Source of the DNA: Guillardia theta CCMP2712
Taxonomy: Eukaryota > Protista > Cryptophyta
Direction of reading: 5' to 3'
DNA: 61,525 nucleotides
Assembly (NCBI RefSeq): GCF_000315625.1
Contig: NW_005434654.1
Location: 429,820-491,344 of the forward strand
The notes below the pieces were generated by a model. That model searched no databases, was not told where the DNA came from, and saw nothing but the letters and a program-made list of their open reading frames with translations. Made by a program: the position numbers and the translations under genes. Shown piece by piece: positions 1 to 12,407 of this stretch; the stretch's first letter is position 1, and each line of letters opens with the position of its first letter.

Positions 1-530
1 GCAGCAGTGGTGCCGCCCGTCGGTCCGCCGCTGCCCGGGCCCGGCCGGGCCCGGGAGCCTGGGCCGGGCCGGGACTCAGTCTTCAACTTTCAGGCGGCTT
101 AATGACCGCTTAACTGAAACTTTCAAAGTTGAAACGTCCGACGGTCCGACCCGGCCCGGGTCACCGGGCGCCGGGCTGGGCCGCGGGGTCAAGTTTCAAG
201 CCTATTATTCAAAGTTGCCGCTAGTACCGTCCACTCAGGCCAGGCTGGCCCACAGGGCCAGGACATTGGCCGATCATCACGAGAGTAGACCGTGCCGTCA
301 CTGAGTGTCCCAGGCTGATCCGACGGCGGAAGGCTTGACCCTGACTGGGACACCGTGATTGTGGCACAGTGGCAAACGGTCCGGCGGAGAAGGTCGGCGG
401 CGCCGCGTGGCGAGCGGTACGGCCAGGCCGGGCCGGGCGGCCCCCGGCCGCGCCGAGTCACTCAGTGACTGACGCCCGTACCGTACGGTAGTACCCGGGC
501 CCGGTCGGGCATCGGTCAACCGGGGCGGGC
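1..530. repeat. GC-rich intergenic block of short palindromic motifs (class I)
   Basis: Dense CCGG/GGCC/GTAC, TCAGTGACTGA and AAAGTTGAAAC/TTTCAAGTT words; no credible ORF; the same vocabulary recurs in other intergenic regions. Confidence 0.6.
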
Positions 531-544
531 CTGTTTCATCTCAG

Positions 545-960
545 CCTTCAAACTAGTACCCCTACCCCTACCGTCTCCATATAGGGGATATTCCATGCTA
601 CCCCTACCCTTCTTTTTAGACCTCCCTCACCCCACCCACCCATGGCTCCCATTTTACTCCCCGAATACCACCCAACCCCATTTTCTCGTTACAGACCTAA
701 TTCTACCCCACCCTATGCAATTTCACCCCAATTCGCCCTTACATTGACCCCTACCTTCATCTTCGTCGACTGAACTTCATTCAAACCACTACCCCATCTA
801 CTACCCCCACCCCCCTTTACAAAGACTCCTACGATGTGCAGTCTTTCATTGTACCCCCACCCCCAGATAACTCTCAATGCATCCCCACCACCCCCGTTCT
901 CCTAGTAAATACAGCACCCCCTGGTTCGTGAACCCTACCCATCCTATACACAATTTGGAT
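545..960. promoter_or_regulatory. TACCCC/CACCCC-rich upstream block (class II)
   Basis: Many TACCCC/CACCCC words on the + strand directly upstream of the LysM-TLDc gene. Confidence 0.4.
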
Positions 961-1161
961 TGCAATGGCGAAACTGCGTAGAGCGTTGGCTCTCGTCGCA
1001 GTGCCCTCCTCCTCATTCACCACGTTGCCCTCCTCCTCCTCCTCCTCCTCCCTCTCTGCTTCTTAGACTACACACCCTCCCTTCCTTCCTCGGTCGTCTC
1101 TAGCTTCCTGTCCCGGGATGTGCTGAAGCAGAGCTGGCGGTCAACCCTGCTTTCCCTGAGG

Positions 1162-4100
1162 ATGCAAACAACAGGCAGCGATACGTATGATCCCTCTGAC
1201 AGCACCGACATGGCAACATCCGAGAATCAGTCAGGGGTAGACGATGCTCAGATCAAGAGCAGCGAATCTTCTCAGGATGCAGCGGCGGCGTTGCAACGAA
1301 ACGAGGAGAAACCTGCTCAGCACATTGTGCAGAGCGGAGAGACGCTGGCAGGGATCGCCATTCGCTACGGCACCAACGTGTCAGACTTGAAGAAGCTCAA
1401 CCGGCTCCTCTGCAGCGATCTCTATGCCGGGCAGGGCCTGCAGGTCCCATGAAAGCGCGCCGTGCGGGTACAGGAGAGGACTGAGACTGTTTGCAGTTGC
1501 CGGTCAATCAGATGGCAGCGGAGAAGATTGCGAAGAAGAACGAGGTGGGTTCATGATCCTTTGTTGTCACTAGATGCTCTCTCTCCTTGAGACTTGAATG
1601 CTTGTTCGCTCAAATGACATGATGAATCACTCTTCGCTCGCCAAGGCTTCGTCGGCGGCCGCGGACGACGGTGGAACCGACGAGGCTACATGCATCTACG
1701 ACACAGTTGCTGTGTGGGACAGAGAGTCAGGTGACTGTTTGCCGTCTCATGCTCGTCGCTGACGCAAGGGGCGAAGGCTTCTTGTCATTGAGAGCGGAGC
1801 AGGAGGTACACGAGGGTCAGAAGGTGCCATGCACAATCGTGGGGTCGCTCTTCACGCCTGTACAAGACATGCTCCTCTCGAAGGTGCTCGCAGTCCTTGT
1901 AGGTATGGCTCCTGATGTGTTGGTGTAGATCTCGATCTTCCTGCGGCTCGTCATGGGGGACACCCTCGAGTTCAAGGTGGTGGTCAGGATATGGAACGGG
2001 CACAGGCAGCGAGACGTCTCCAAGAGCATGGCAGGCCTGGTGGAGACTGCCTGCGGGAACCCCGAGGAGGTTCTGTTCTCCTCCTCCGTGTTGACCATCC
2101 AAAGGCAGGTAAGGAGAGAGGCAGGCTGTTCTCCGTCTCTGTGGTCCTGTGCTGAGCGTTTCTTCCAGGGCACTGACGAGCCTGTCTACGAGGGCTTCGT
2201 GGTCGAGTGCGATCCCTCGGCGAACTCGCATGACTCTGCTGATCTCAGCATGTTCGCAAGGGCCCAGTCGAGCTGGGGGCTTCACCTGTCCGCGAACAAG
2301 ACCGTGTTGATCGGAATCAGCACCGAAGGGATCCAACAGTCCCCTCAGTCCGAGGCGCAGGTCGGGTACGTCAGGCGGCACGTCGCCGGGCCCATCCTGC
2401 ACAAGTTAGTCTGGGTGAACGGCAAGCAGGAGACAGAGAAGGGATTGAGGAGGAGGTTCGACAGCACGGATCACACCATCGCAGCCATGCTTGTTACGCA
2501 CTCAGCGCCCTGCCGTCCTCATCCGATCGTTCTCACCCTCGACTCCAACGAGAAGCTGATTGGCGCGGAGGAGGTGGACTTCGAGCTGGAGGATGAGGCT
2601 GCTGTGCAGCACGTGCTGGAGGTCGCGTCCTCCAACGAGACTCTGTGCCTGCAGGAGGAGATGTTGCAAGGAGTTCTCGACCAGCACGAGCTGAGCATCG
2701 ACGATGCCCCGCTCTTCGTCGGCCGCAACGACGAAGACGAGATGATCGGGGTGTGCTCGGACATCATCAGCTGGCCTCAGGACGTCTTCCAGCTCAGCGA
2801 GTCGCTTCCTCGACGGTATGTTCCCTTGTGCTCCGTGGGCTCCCGTGACCACCGCGTGACCTCTTCCGCAGATGCTCCCAGTGCGACTGGGAGCTCCTGT
2901 ACAGCACGAAGAGGAACGGGCTGAGCATGAACACATTTTTCCGGCTCGTGACGGGCCGCAGGGACACGATCATGCTGATCAAGGACTCGGGAGGCAGCGC
3001 GTTCGGAGCCTTCATCCCGTTCCCCTGGAAGCAGTCCAAGGATTTCTATGGCACGGGGGAGAGCTTTGTGTTCCGCATGAAGCCGACCTTGGAGCTGTTC
3101 AAGTGGGGGGGCAACGACTCCATGTTCGCGCTCACTAACCACCAGGGGATCCTGATTGGAGGGTCGGGCAGCCCCGCGATCTGGATCGACAGCGACTTCA
3201 ACAGGGGGACGTCAGGGGCGAACAAGACGTACAGGAGCAGGTTGGGCGGGGCTGCACGCTCCCTCCTCTTCCTCCCCGCCCCCGTGCGCGGGGGTTTCTG
3301 CGTGCTGCCTCCCCTTCGACCTCCCCAACTCTTCCCCTCTTTACTGTGCTGTTGCCCGAACCCGCTGCTCTCCCTTTTGCTCTCTGCTTGCCAACTCGAC
3401 CTTCCCCTTCCCCTCGCTGCCATGCGCGCTGAGCTGGGCCCAGGTGTCTCGCCAGCGATGAATCCTTCACCTGCATCCACCTGGAGGTCTGGGCAACCTT
3501 GCAGAACACGCACCAGTCGATGGCGTTCCTCCTCAACCGCAAGGACATCCTCCTGCAGATGATGATCGACCACCAAAAGGCTCTTAGCATCACCCTGCGT
3601 AAGTCCAGCTCGACGTCCTCCCTCTCCGACGTGCAGCAGAGCCATCCGCCAGCGCAGGCAGCGGAGGCCGAGAGGGAGGAGAAGGTGGAGAGGGAGGAGG
3701 AGGTGCATGAGACGAGGTTGGATGGCCAACCGACCTCCTCGCCTCCCGATGACACGGAAACAAGTCAGGAGCACCAGCAGGTGCTAATCGAGCCCTCATC
3801 CATCCCCCCAAACCCTCCTTATCCTCCTCCTCCGCATCTCCCTTTTTTTTTTCAGCTCCTCCTGCTCCTCCTGCTCCTCCTCCTGCTCCTCCTTCTCCTC
3901 CTCCTCCTACACCTCCTCCTCCTACACCTCCCGTGTCCCCTTCCTCCCTGCCGCATCCTCCATCCGTCAAAAAGTGAATATCCTGTGCAGCCACGGCCTC
4001 TTGGCTCACACCAGCGACCCAAGGCAAAGTGGACAGGAGAGGAGGTGACCTTGCTTGCTCCTGGTCGTTCTCGTTGACCCGCCCTCAGGTCCCCCTCGAT

Positions 4101-6009
4101 GGCAAGTCGGATGTTTTTACGGACGTCGCAACGGGCGAGTGGATTGTGGGGCTCAAAGTCAAAGTCAACCTCCTCCAGGTCATTCTGAGCCTCGCCAACC
4201 GCCCCCCTCACTCCTCTCTCCTCCCTCCTCGCTCCTCCCCCCTCGCTCCTCCCTCCTCCTCCTCCTCCTCCTCCTCCGCCCTTCTCTTCCGCCTCNNNNN
4301 NNNNNNNNNNNNNNNNNNNNNNNNNNNNNNNNNNNNNNNNNNNNNNNNNNNNNNNNNNNNNNNNNNNNNNNNNNNNNNNNNNNNNNNNNNNNNNNNNNNN
4401 NNNNNNNNNNNNNNNNNNNNNNNNNNNNNNNNNNNNNNNNNNNNNNNNNNNNNNNNNNNNNNNNNNNNNNNNNNTTTCAGCCATCCCTGTCTGCACCACT
4501 GGTAACACAGTCCCCCCCCCCTCCTGCTCCCCCCCCCTCCCGATCCTCTCCACTCCCTCTCCTGCACTTCACTCTCATCCTCCTCCCCATCCCACTATCG
4601 TCTCATCTACCTTGCATTCACTTCCTTTGTTGAACGACATTGCAGGAGCACCTTCACATCTCCTACAGGAGATGTAAGTGGCAGATGCTCTACAGCTCAG
4701 CCATCCATGGCGCGAGCTGCGCCACACTACTACGGTCTCCCTCCTCCTCCCCCCCACCCCTTGTCTTGTCCCTCCCTCATCCTCCCTCATTCCCCTCTCC
4801 CCCCTCCTCTTTCTCCCTGTCTCCTGCTTCCCCTGCCTCCTTGTCTTGTTCGTCGTCCTCCTGACCGTCTCCGGCAGGTGTGCCAAGGGAAGGAGCCCCT
4901 GCTTTCTCCTCATCAAGGACATGAACAGTCATGTTTGCAGCAGCACCCCGCCCTCCCGCTCCTCGTTGATTCCTCTTCTCAGGTCTTTGGAGCTTTCCTC
5001 CCCACGCCCCTTGTCAGTCAGAAGCAACACTACGGTGAGTCCTCCACTGCCCTCGGACGCTGAAGGATGAGGAGTGGAGGAGAAGGAGCAAGGGAGATGC
5101 GAGGGAGATGGGGGAGAAGCGAGGGAGATGGGGGAGAAGCGAGGGAGATGGGGGAGAAGCGAGGGAGGGGGGGGAGAGAGCGAAAGATGACGATATGATT
5201 GTTTTTCAGGGGACCAGAACTGCTTCATCTTTTCTTTGCATCCTTCCTTCAGGTAGAATGTCTCCCTCTTCCCTCCTCTCCCTTCCTCCCATCCTCGTCC
5301 TTCTTTCTCCAGCCTCGTCCTCTGAACCCCCTCCTCTCGTTAATCCCCTTCCTCTCCGTCTCCTCTCTGTCTCACCACTTTTGCTTCTTCCTCCCAGGGT
5401 TTACGGGAGCAAGGGTACCAACACCCACTTTCTCCTGAGCTCCGAGAAAGGAATCTCCTTTGGGGGGCTGGTCAGCGGCAGCGGCAGCAGCGCGGTAGCA
5501 TGACAGTTCCCTCCCAGAGGAGACCTGACGGGTGCACAGGGGATCGGATTGGATAGCGACTTGCTGCAAGGAACGTCTGAAGGTATTCGAAGGGCTCCTG
5601 TTCTCCCTGGACCCTGCTCTTCTCTGTCTCCTTCCCCTCAAATCCTCCCCTTCCTTCTTTCCTCTGCTTCTCCCCCCTGCTCTAGCCCCCCCCCCCCCAC
5701 ACGGCCTCCTCTGCGCACCTCACTGACCTCGTCGGGTAGCTTGCATCACTTACGGCAACCCGGGCACGTTGGCGAGCAGTGAGACCTTCGCCTGCTGGAA
5801 TGTGAGCTTGAAACTCTCCTCGCCCTCGTCCTCTTCCTTTTCTTCCTCGTCCTTTTCCTTGACAAGTGCTAGGTGGAAGTGTGGGCGCTTGTCCGACCGG
5901 CGGCAGAGACGTTCACTGACAGGTCTGACCCTTCCACCTCCCCCAGCTGCTGACGTGCTGGTCCTGCCGCAGCGTCGACGCCGCCAGCCTGCTGGGCAAG
6001 TTCACGTAG
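1162..6009 (+). CDS. LysM + two TLDc domain protein (OXR1/NCOA7-like), multi-exon
   Basis: LysM HIVQSGETLAGIAIRYGTNVSDLKKLNRL (~1321-1443). TLDc-1 WELLYSTKRNGLS...FGAFIP...FYGTGESFVF...IGGSGSPAIWIDSDFNRGTS...LEVW (~2750-3490). TLDc-2 WQMLYSSAIHG...LLIKD...VFGAF...GISFGG...MDSDLLQGTS...TYGNPGTLAS...VEVW (~4640-5890). Stop TAG 6007-6009. Start may be ATG 1210 instead. The gene spans a gap. Confidence 0.85.
4296..4474. other. Assembly gap (N run) inside an intron
   Basis: 179 N. Confidence 1.
5097..5170. repeat. 20-bp intronic tandem repeat (GCGAGGGAGATGGGGGAGAA) x~3.5
   Basis: Directly visible. Confidence 0.85.
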
Positions 6010-6089
6010 GGCGGGGGAAGCGAGAGGACGAGTTAATCTTAGATTGTACAGTTTTTTTTCCCCTTCTCACCCGCCGCCTTCTTTGATCT

Positions 6090-6345
6090 CAACCGGGGCA
6101 TACTATCATAGCCTCAGCCTTGTAGTGACATTCTGCCGCTGACGCCAGTGGGTGGGACTTGAACTTGCGATCCCGGCGTGATGCCAGTCACCGGGGCTGA
6201 GGAGTCCAACTGACGCTCGGGCCCTAGACGTGGCCCGACCCGGCACATGCCGCCACTCAGCCACTCCGCTGCGACTCGCCCGGCCCGGCCGGGTGGCCCG
6301 GCGCCCGGCGCCTCCGATCGGAGTCTGAGCGACACTTGCAGTCCC
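6090..6345. repeat. GC-rich palindromic intergenic block (class I)
   Basis: TACTATCATAG, ACTTGAACTT, CCGGCCCGGCCGGG and TGAG/CTCA words between genes. Confidence 0.5.
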
Positions 6346-6384
6346 AAGGCAAAGGCTGGTCAAAACTGGTCAAACGAGACTGCC

Positions 6385-8863
6385 ATGGCGCAGCGTACAG
6401 CCGCATGGCTGTTGATCGTCATGCTGGCACAGATGAGGGGAGAGGCGACTGAGGTAGACGACATTGAGGACAAGCTTCATGCTCCTTGCTTCATGCTGCT
6501 TGCTTCATGCTCCTTGCTCCTCCTTGCTCCCTCCCCTTCCCTCCTCCTTTCTGATGGTCTCCTGGCTCCTCCCCATTTACTCCTTCATCCGATTTCTTGG
6601 TGTCCATCTCAGCATCGTAGCAGGACTTCACTTCTTCCTATTCTCCTCACTTTCTGCGCCTCTTGCTGCTGTCTTCCTCATCATGACGGTTCTTCCAGCC
6701 AGAGGACATGCTGGTGAAGGCGGCTGGTTTGTACAGCCATGGGAGTATGGCTGAGTGCGTGAGGGTCCTTCAAACGTCAATAGAGCAGGACAAGGACCAG
6801 GCTCTAGCTCATCTCATGCTGGGACAGGCGCTCCGCTCCCTCCAGCGTTGGCCGGAGGCGATCGATGCCTTCCTGGCCGTGAAGCGATGCACCGCCCCGG
6901 TCGGGGTCGAGGGAGGAGGTACCGAGGGAGGTGAGGGAGCAGGCAGGGATACACCATGGCAGGGCTCTGATGGAACTCGATCGGTGGGAGGAGGCCATTG
7001 CTGCCTTCGAGGAGACTTGGTCGCGACACCCTGAGTCCTCGGATGCTCTCTTCCGCTTCCTCTACCTGCAGCATTTCGCATGCAACTTCACCAGGTGACC
7101 CATCGCCTCCTCTGTCCTCACGATGTCCTCTGAGTGCCGCGAGCAGGCGCGATGAACTGCTCCTGACAGCGAGGAGGAGGCTTGTGGAGGAGCTCAAGGT
7201 GGCAGGCAGGAGCGCCATGACGCCATCCCAGGCGCTGATGATGCTCGACGCGCGAGAGCTGAAGCTGCTGGCCAAATCGTTTGCTCATGGGCACATCGTG
7301 GAAGGTAAGAGGACGAGGACTTGCTCGCTCCCGCTCACTGTCTTCCTCACCAGCCCTGAGGGACAACAAGGAGGGAGTCTGGCAGTGGAGCTTCGACTCT
7401 GAGGTTGGCTGACCTCTAGCGGAAGGGGGATCGTGACTCCTCTCCCGTCAGGTACTTGGAGGAGCGGCGGTGCAGGGCTGGTTCGCCTACTCTCCTGCTA
7501 GCCTGCTGCTTGTTGACGGTCGGCTGCGCGTGGGGTACGTCTCGAGAGACTTCACCTTCTCGTCCGTCGGGCAGCTGCTGCCCAGGCTCTTCAGCGCGCA
7601 CAACAGGAGGAGGCTCGGGGTGTTCGGGTACTCCCTCAACCAGGACGATGGGACAGAGACGAGAAAGGCAATTCTTGCGGCGGTGGAAAATTGGGTGGAC
7701 ATGAGGTCGGCGGGGAGCGGGGAGCTGGCGAGGAGGATCAACGAGGACGGTATCCATGTGCTGGTCGACCTAGGAGGGCACCTTTGCGTCACGAGCCAGC
7801 AAGCGCTGGCGCTGCAACCTGCCCCGCTCGCCGTCAACTTTCTGTCCTGGCTGGGAACGTCGGGGGCTCGCTACGTCCAGTTCTTCCTGTCCGATGCTGT
7901 CGCCTCTCCTGCTGAGTTTGCCTCCGATTTCACCGAGAAGTTTGCGGTGCTCCCGATGTCGTATCAGGTGGGAGGAGAGAAGGTCAACGGGGAGGAAGGA
8001 AGAGGAGAGAAGGGCTCACGGGATGGTGGTCGTGGTGGTGATGGCGATCATGATGATGATGATGATGATGATGATAATGATGATGATGATGATGAGAAGC
8101 AGGAGGAGTAGGAGTAGGAGTAGGAGGAGAACCATGAGGAGAATGTGGAGGAGGAGGAGGAGGAGGAGAATGTGGAGGAGAATGTGGAGGAGAATGAGGA
8201 GGAGGAGGAGAAGGAGGAGAAGGAGGAGGAGGAGGAGGTTGTGGAGTGGTTGAGGGAACTCAGAGAGGGGCAGGTGAACTCCAACAGGTTCATGCACAGC
8301 CACCACCATCACAATAAGAAGGCCAGATACACGCTGCTGCACCCTTACGGCCAAGTGAGGGAGGGGAGGGAGGGGGTGGAAGGGAGAGGGCAGGGGAGGA
8401 GGAGAGAGGAGGGGAGAGGGAGAAGGAGAGGAAGGGGGAGAGAGAAGGAGAGGGGAGGGGGAGAGAGAAGGGGAGGGGGAGGGGGAGAGGGAGGAGCGAG
8501 GAAGTAGAGTTGCAGTGCATTGACTCTTGTTTGTTCAGGATATCCTGCCTCCCTCTATCGACCAGGAGAATGTTGTGGTACAACGAAAGACGAAATTGTT
8601 AAGGGGGGGTGGGGAGAGAAGGGAGGTGGAGGGGGGGGGGTGAGGAAGAGGAGACGGAGCGAGAGTGGAGGAGGAGGTAGTGGACGTGGTGGATGTGGTG
8701 GAGGAGGGAACATGACTGTGACGGGGAGGATGCTGCGTAGTGACTTTTGACTTGAGGTTTATGCCAACTTCAATCAGCTCTTCAAGATCAACCCCGAGAC
8801 CTTTGAGGCATGGATGAGCATCCTAAAGGTAAATCTCCCTTCCCCTCTCCCACCTCCTGCCCT

Positions 8864-8902
<39 letters not shown>

Positions 8903-9606
8903 TTCCTTCTCTCTTCTCCCTCCCTCCGCTTCTCTCCTCTCGCTCCCTTCCCACCATATTCCCTCCGCCTTGCTTCCCTATCTTCTCTCTCGCCTCGCCT
9001 TTCTCCCCCCTTTTTCCTCCTTTGCTGGTATTATTGAAGTTTCTTGCAAGAAAACTCCCAACAGCGTCATCGCTCTCTTAAACATCACCGGCTCCCCTCT
9101 AGGTCCCTGTTGTCCTCTCCATCCCCTTCCCTCTTGTCCACCACTTCTTCTCCTCTGTCCCCCCCCCCGCCCCCCCCCCTCCCCCCCGCTCCGACGTCTT
9201 CCCCGGCTTGGATTCACCGCCTCCTCTCCTTTCTTAGTCTCAACTNNNNNNNNNNNNNNNNNNNNNNNNNNNNNNNNNNNNNNNNNNNNNNNNNNNNNNN
9301 NNNNNNNNNNNNNNNNNNNNNNNNNNNNNNNNNNNNNNNNNNNNNTCACTTTCGTCCTCCTCCTACTTCCATCCTTCCTCCTTGCTCTCGCTCTTGCTCC
9401 TTGCTCTTGCTCTTGCTCTTGCTCTTGCTCTTGCTCCTCTTCCTCTTTTCTCTTCTCATCGTCGTCTTTGTCGTTTTCTTTTTGTCATCGCGTGATAAGT
9501 TGGGCAGTTCTGGAGCAGATCTGTTTCTCGACAACACTTTCTACAACGCGGGAACAACAGGCATGAAGCGCGTGCTCTCGCCAGCTCTCTTCCTCGCCTC
9601 CCTCCC

Positions 9607-9645
<39 letters not shown>

Positions 9646-9646
9646 G

Positions 9647-9680
<34 letters not shown>

Positions 9681-10699
9681 CCCATCTCCTGCTCCTGCTC
9701 CTGCTCCTCATCGTCCAACTTCATGTCGATTCTTCTTCTGGCACGACATTGCTGATCTTGCCTCATGCGCCGCAGGAAGCGATGTCCTCTATGCCGGCGT
9801 TCCTGTGATCTCACTGTCGGGAAGGAGAACTCTGAGCAGGATGGGAGCAAGTCTGGCTGCAGGTGCTGCTATTTCTCTGCCTCCTGCCCTTCAACTTCCT
9901 GTATGCCGTTCCCTCTGGCTTGTCCTCCTCTCCTTTCCTCTCGGCTCGTGTCGTTCCTCTCACCCTCCAACTTTCAGCGATGAACTTCTTCGATCTTCTC
10001 GTTCGTGACCTCGACGAGTACGTCGACCTTGCCGTCCGCCTTGGGCAGAACCCGCGCAGACTAGCGGAGACGAAAATGAAGGCAAGCGTTCGCTTCCTCC
10101 CGCTGCTCCTACTCTCGTACATCACCATCTCGTTTCTTGCTCTCTTTTCATCGCTCCACCTTCCCTTCACCCTCCTCGTCTCCTCTCGTTCCTCCTGCCT
10201 CCCCCCCTTTCGCTCTTTCCTTCTCTTCTCTGGGATACTGCACTGAGTTACCCCCCGCAGCTTCACCGCCATACCCGACTCGGCCTGCTGTTCGACGCCG
10301 ACCGCTGGGTTGTGGCTTACGAGGTGAAAGAGGCAGAGGAGGGATGGGGGTGAGCAAAGAGCGACAGGAGAAGAGAGAGGAGATTGAGGAGCGAGGAGGA
10401 GTGAAGAATGGAGGGAGGAGCAGAATGACCGGGTGCAGGCGATGCTGGCGGCGATGTGGGATGCAGCGATCGCGGACGGTATTCGTACGGGGGGAAGAGA
10501 GGAGGAGGAGGTGATGAGAGAGGGAGGCAGAGGCAGCGAGGGTGTCCTGACGCCGCATGCAGGGAAGGAAGAGGAAGAGTATCGTGATATCCTCTCACGT
10601 GCTGGACCCGGGCTGACCTATCAAGTCGCTTCATGTGAACTAGTCTACACACACTGCAGCACCTCTGACTCAAGCACGCAACGACTTCTTTCCTCCTAA
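6385..10699 (+). CDS. TPR + GT41 glycosyltransferase (O-GlcNAc transferase/SPINDLY family), apparent N-terminal signal peptide, multi-exon
   Basis: TPRs (AHLMLGQALRSLQRWPEAIDAF; ALMELDRWEEAIAAF). N-cat LRVGYVSRDF...INEDGIHVLVDLGGH...ALALQPAP...WLGTSG...FFLSDAV. C-cat VYANFNQLFKINPETFEAWMSILK, ADLFLDNTFYNAGTTG, DVLYAGVPVISL...SRMGASL, LFDADRWV. The 3' end is approximate. Confidence 0.85.
9246..9345. other. Assembly gap (N run)
   Basis: 100 N within the GT41 gene. Confidence 1.
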
Positions 10700-10714
10700 C
10701 ACACAAGGGTTCCG

Positions 10715-12407
10715 TTAACAATCTACTCCCCCGGGGGGCGGGTGCCCTCCTGATCACTGTGGAGGACGAGTCAGCAGAGTCATCAGGCACGGAGGAGCAC
10801 AACGGGTACCTTGACCCTCCTCTGAGCCAACTTCTGCTGCTTGGTAGCCTTGTACTCTTCCCAAGGATCGAACTCATCGCTGCCATCAACCAGTCATACA
10901 CACTGTCACCCTCCCCTTCCTCCGTCGTCTTACTCGTTAGAGGACTCAGTGACCGAAGAGCCGTCCTCGACCTGAACCCTACACGTCAGCAATTCTCATC
11001 CCCACCTCCTTCCATGGGGGATTCACCTCCTTGTAGTGTCCCTTGTTGCTCAGGCTGTCGTACATGTATGCTACGTTGGTTCCCAGCGACCCTCCGCCGG
11101 CCTCCACGTTGTTGGCGAATTTCGCCATCTCCCAGGATCCTAGAGGAGGCTTCTGATCCAAGTACTTCTCCTCCTCCTCCTCGTCTGCTGCGGTCGCTGG
11201 CTGCTCCTCCGCTGCAGGAGCAGAATTCTCGCTCTTGCTCGCTACCTCAGCACTGCGCACAGACGTTGATCGCACAGTCTTCTTGGGCTCCTGCGCCTCA
11301 TCCTCGTTCCAGTAGTCCACGTCCTCCTCCTGCGGGCGGGAAAAGTCGCCCTTGCCGTGAACGTCAACCTGCCAGCCGTCAGCCACCGGAGAGCCACGAC
11401 AAGCAGCCACTGACGTTGGAGAGGTCGGGACCATGGCTCTTGCTCGACACCTCGAAGTGCCTTCCCTTCTTCTGCAGGCTGTAAGGCAGGGTGAGCCAGC
11501 AGTCGACGCAGTCGCAAGATGGCATACTCGTTGTAGAGGTAGGCCACGTTGGTTCCGAGCGCTCCTGCACCAGCCTCGGCGCTGTTGGCAGCGATGGCAG
11601 CATCCCAAGAGCCCAGGGCAGGCTTGTGCTTCACACGGCGATGAGCCTTCTTGCCCTCCTTGGCAGGAGCAGCCGCCTTCTTGCCCTCCTTGGCAGGAGC
11701 AGCCGCCTTCTTGTCTGACATCTGCGTCGACTCGTTCACACATGGGCTCTGCATCAGCAGGGACACACCTGGTAGATCTTGTCCTCCAGCTCCTTGATGC
11801 GCTGAGCCTGCGACAGCACCTGCACCTGCACGTCAGCGGGTTGGTCCCCAGCTCCTCCATCTCTCACAGCTTTCTCAAGGGCGGCTTCCAACTCAGCGTT
11901 CCCGCCCTTGGCGTTCTTGCTCTGATCATCGGAGGGAACGACCTTCAACGAGCTCCTGCGGCGCATTGGGAACGCATGACGAGCGGCATGAAACTCCGGT
12001 TCAAGAGGGATGGGAACGCTGGAATCGTCCATGAGCTGCTGGAAGCGAGCCTTCAAAGCCTGTCCGTTCGACTTCATGGCAGAGGCAGCGACCCAGGCCT
12101 TGATCTGGCGACAGAGACGCGAGTCAGCGTGACATGGCGGGGAGGAGAGAGGGGAGAGTCTGAGGTACCTGGCTACCAATCTTGTGCTGCCTGTTGATCT
12201 CAGCCTTGAGCGCGGACCTCGCGTTTGTCAGTTTGACCTGTACAGACGGTGAGCCAAGGAAAGGTTCATGGCGGCCGAGTCAGCTCTTGCCTGCTTCAGC
12301 ATGCTCCTGTGGTGCATGACGACTGTCACGACACCGATCATCACTGCCATGCAGCTGATTGCCGCCATGGCCGCCAGCAGCCTGGCGGTCTGTCGACACC
12401 CTGCCAT
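10715..12407 (-). CDS. Hypothetical membrane-anchored/secreted protein with coiled coil and duplicated ~50-aa motif
   Basis: ATG 12407 followed by a hydrophobic segment LLAAMAAISCMAVMIGVVTVV; several ~50-nt GT-AG introns; two copies of LGSW...AN.xEAG.G.LGTNVAY.Y; 30-bp tandem repeat coding KKAAAPAKEG. The 3' end is approximate. Confidence 0.65.

Noticed and set aside
3852-4633. ORFs running through N gaps (also 8814-9808, 57698-58204)
   Set aside because: Artefacts of N translation plus low-complexity intron sequence
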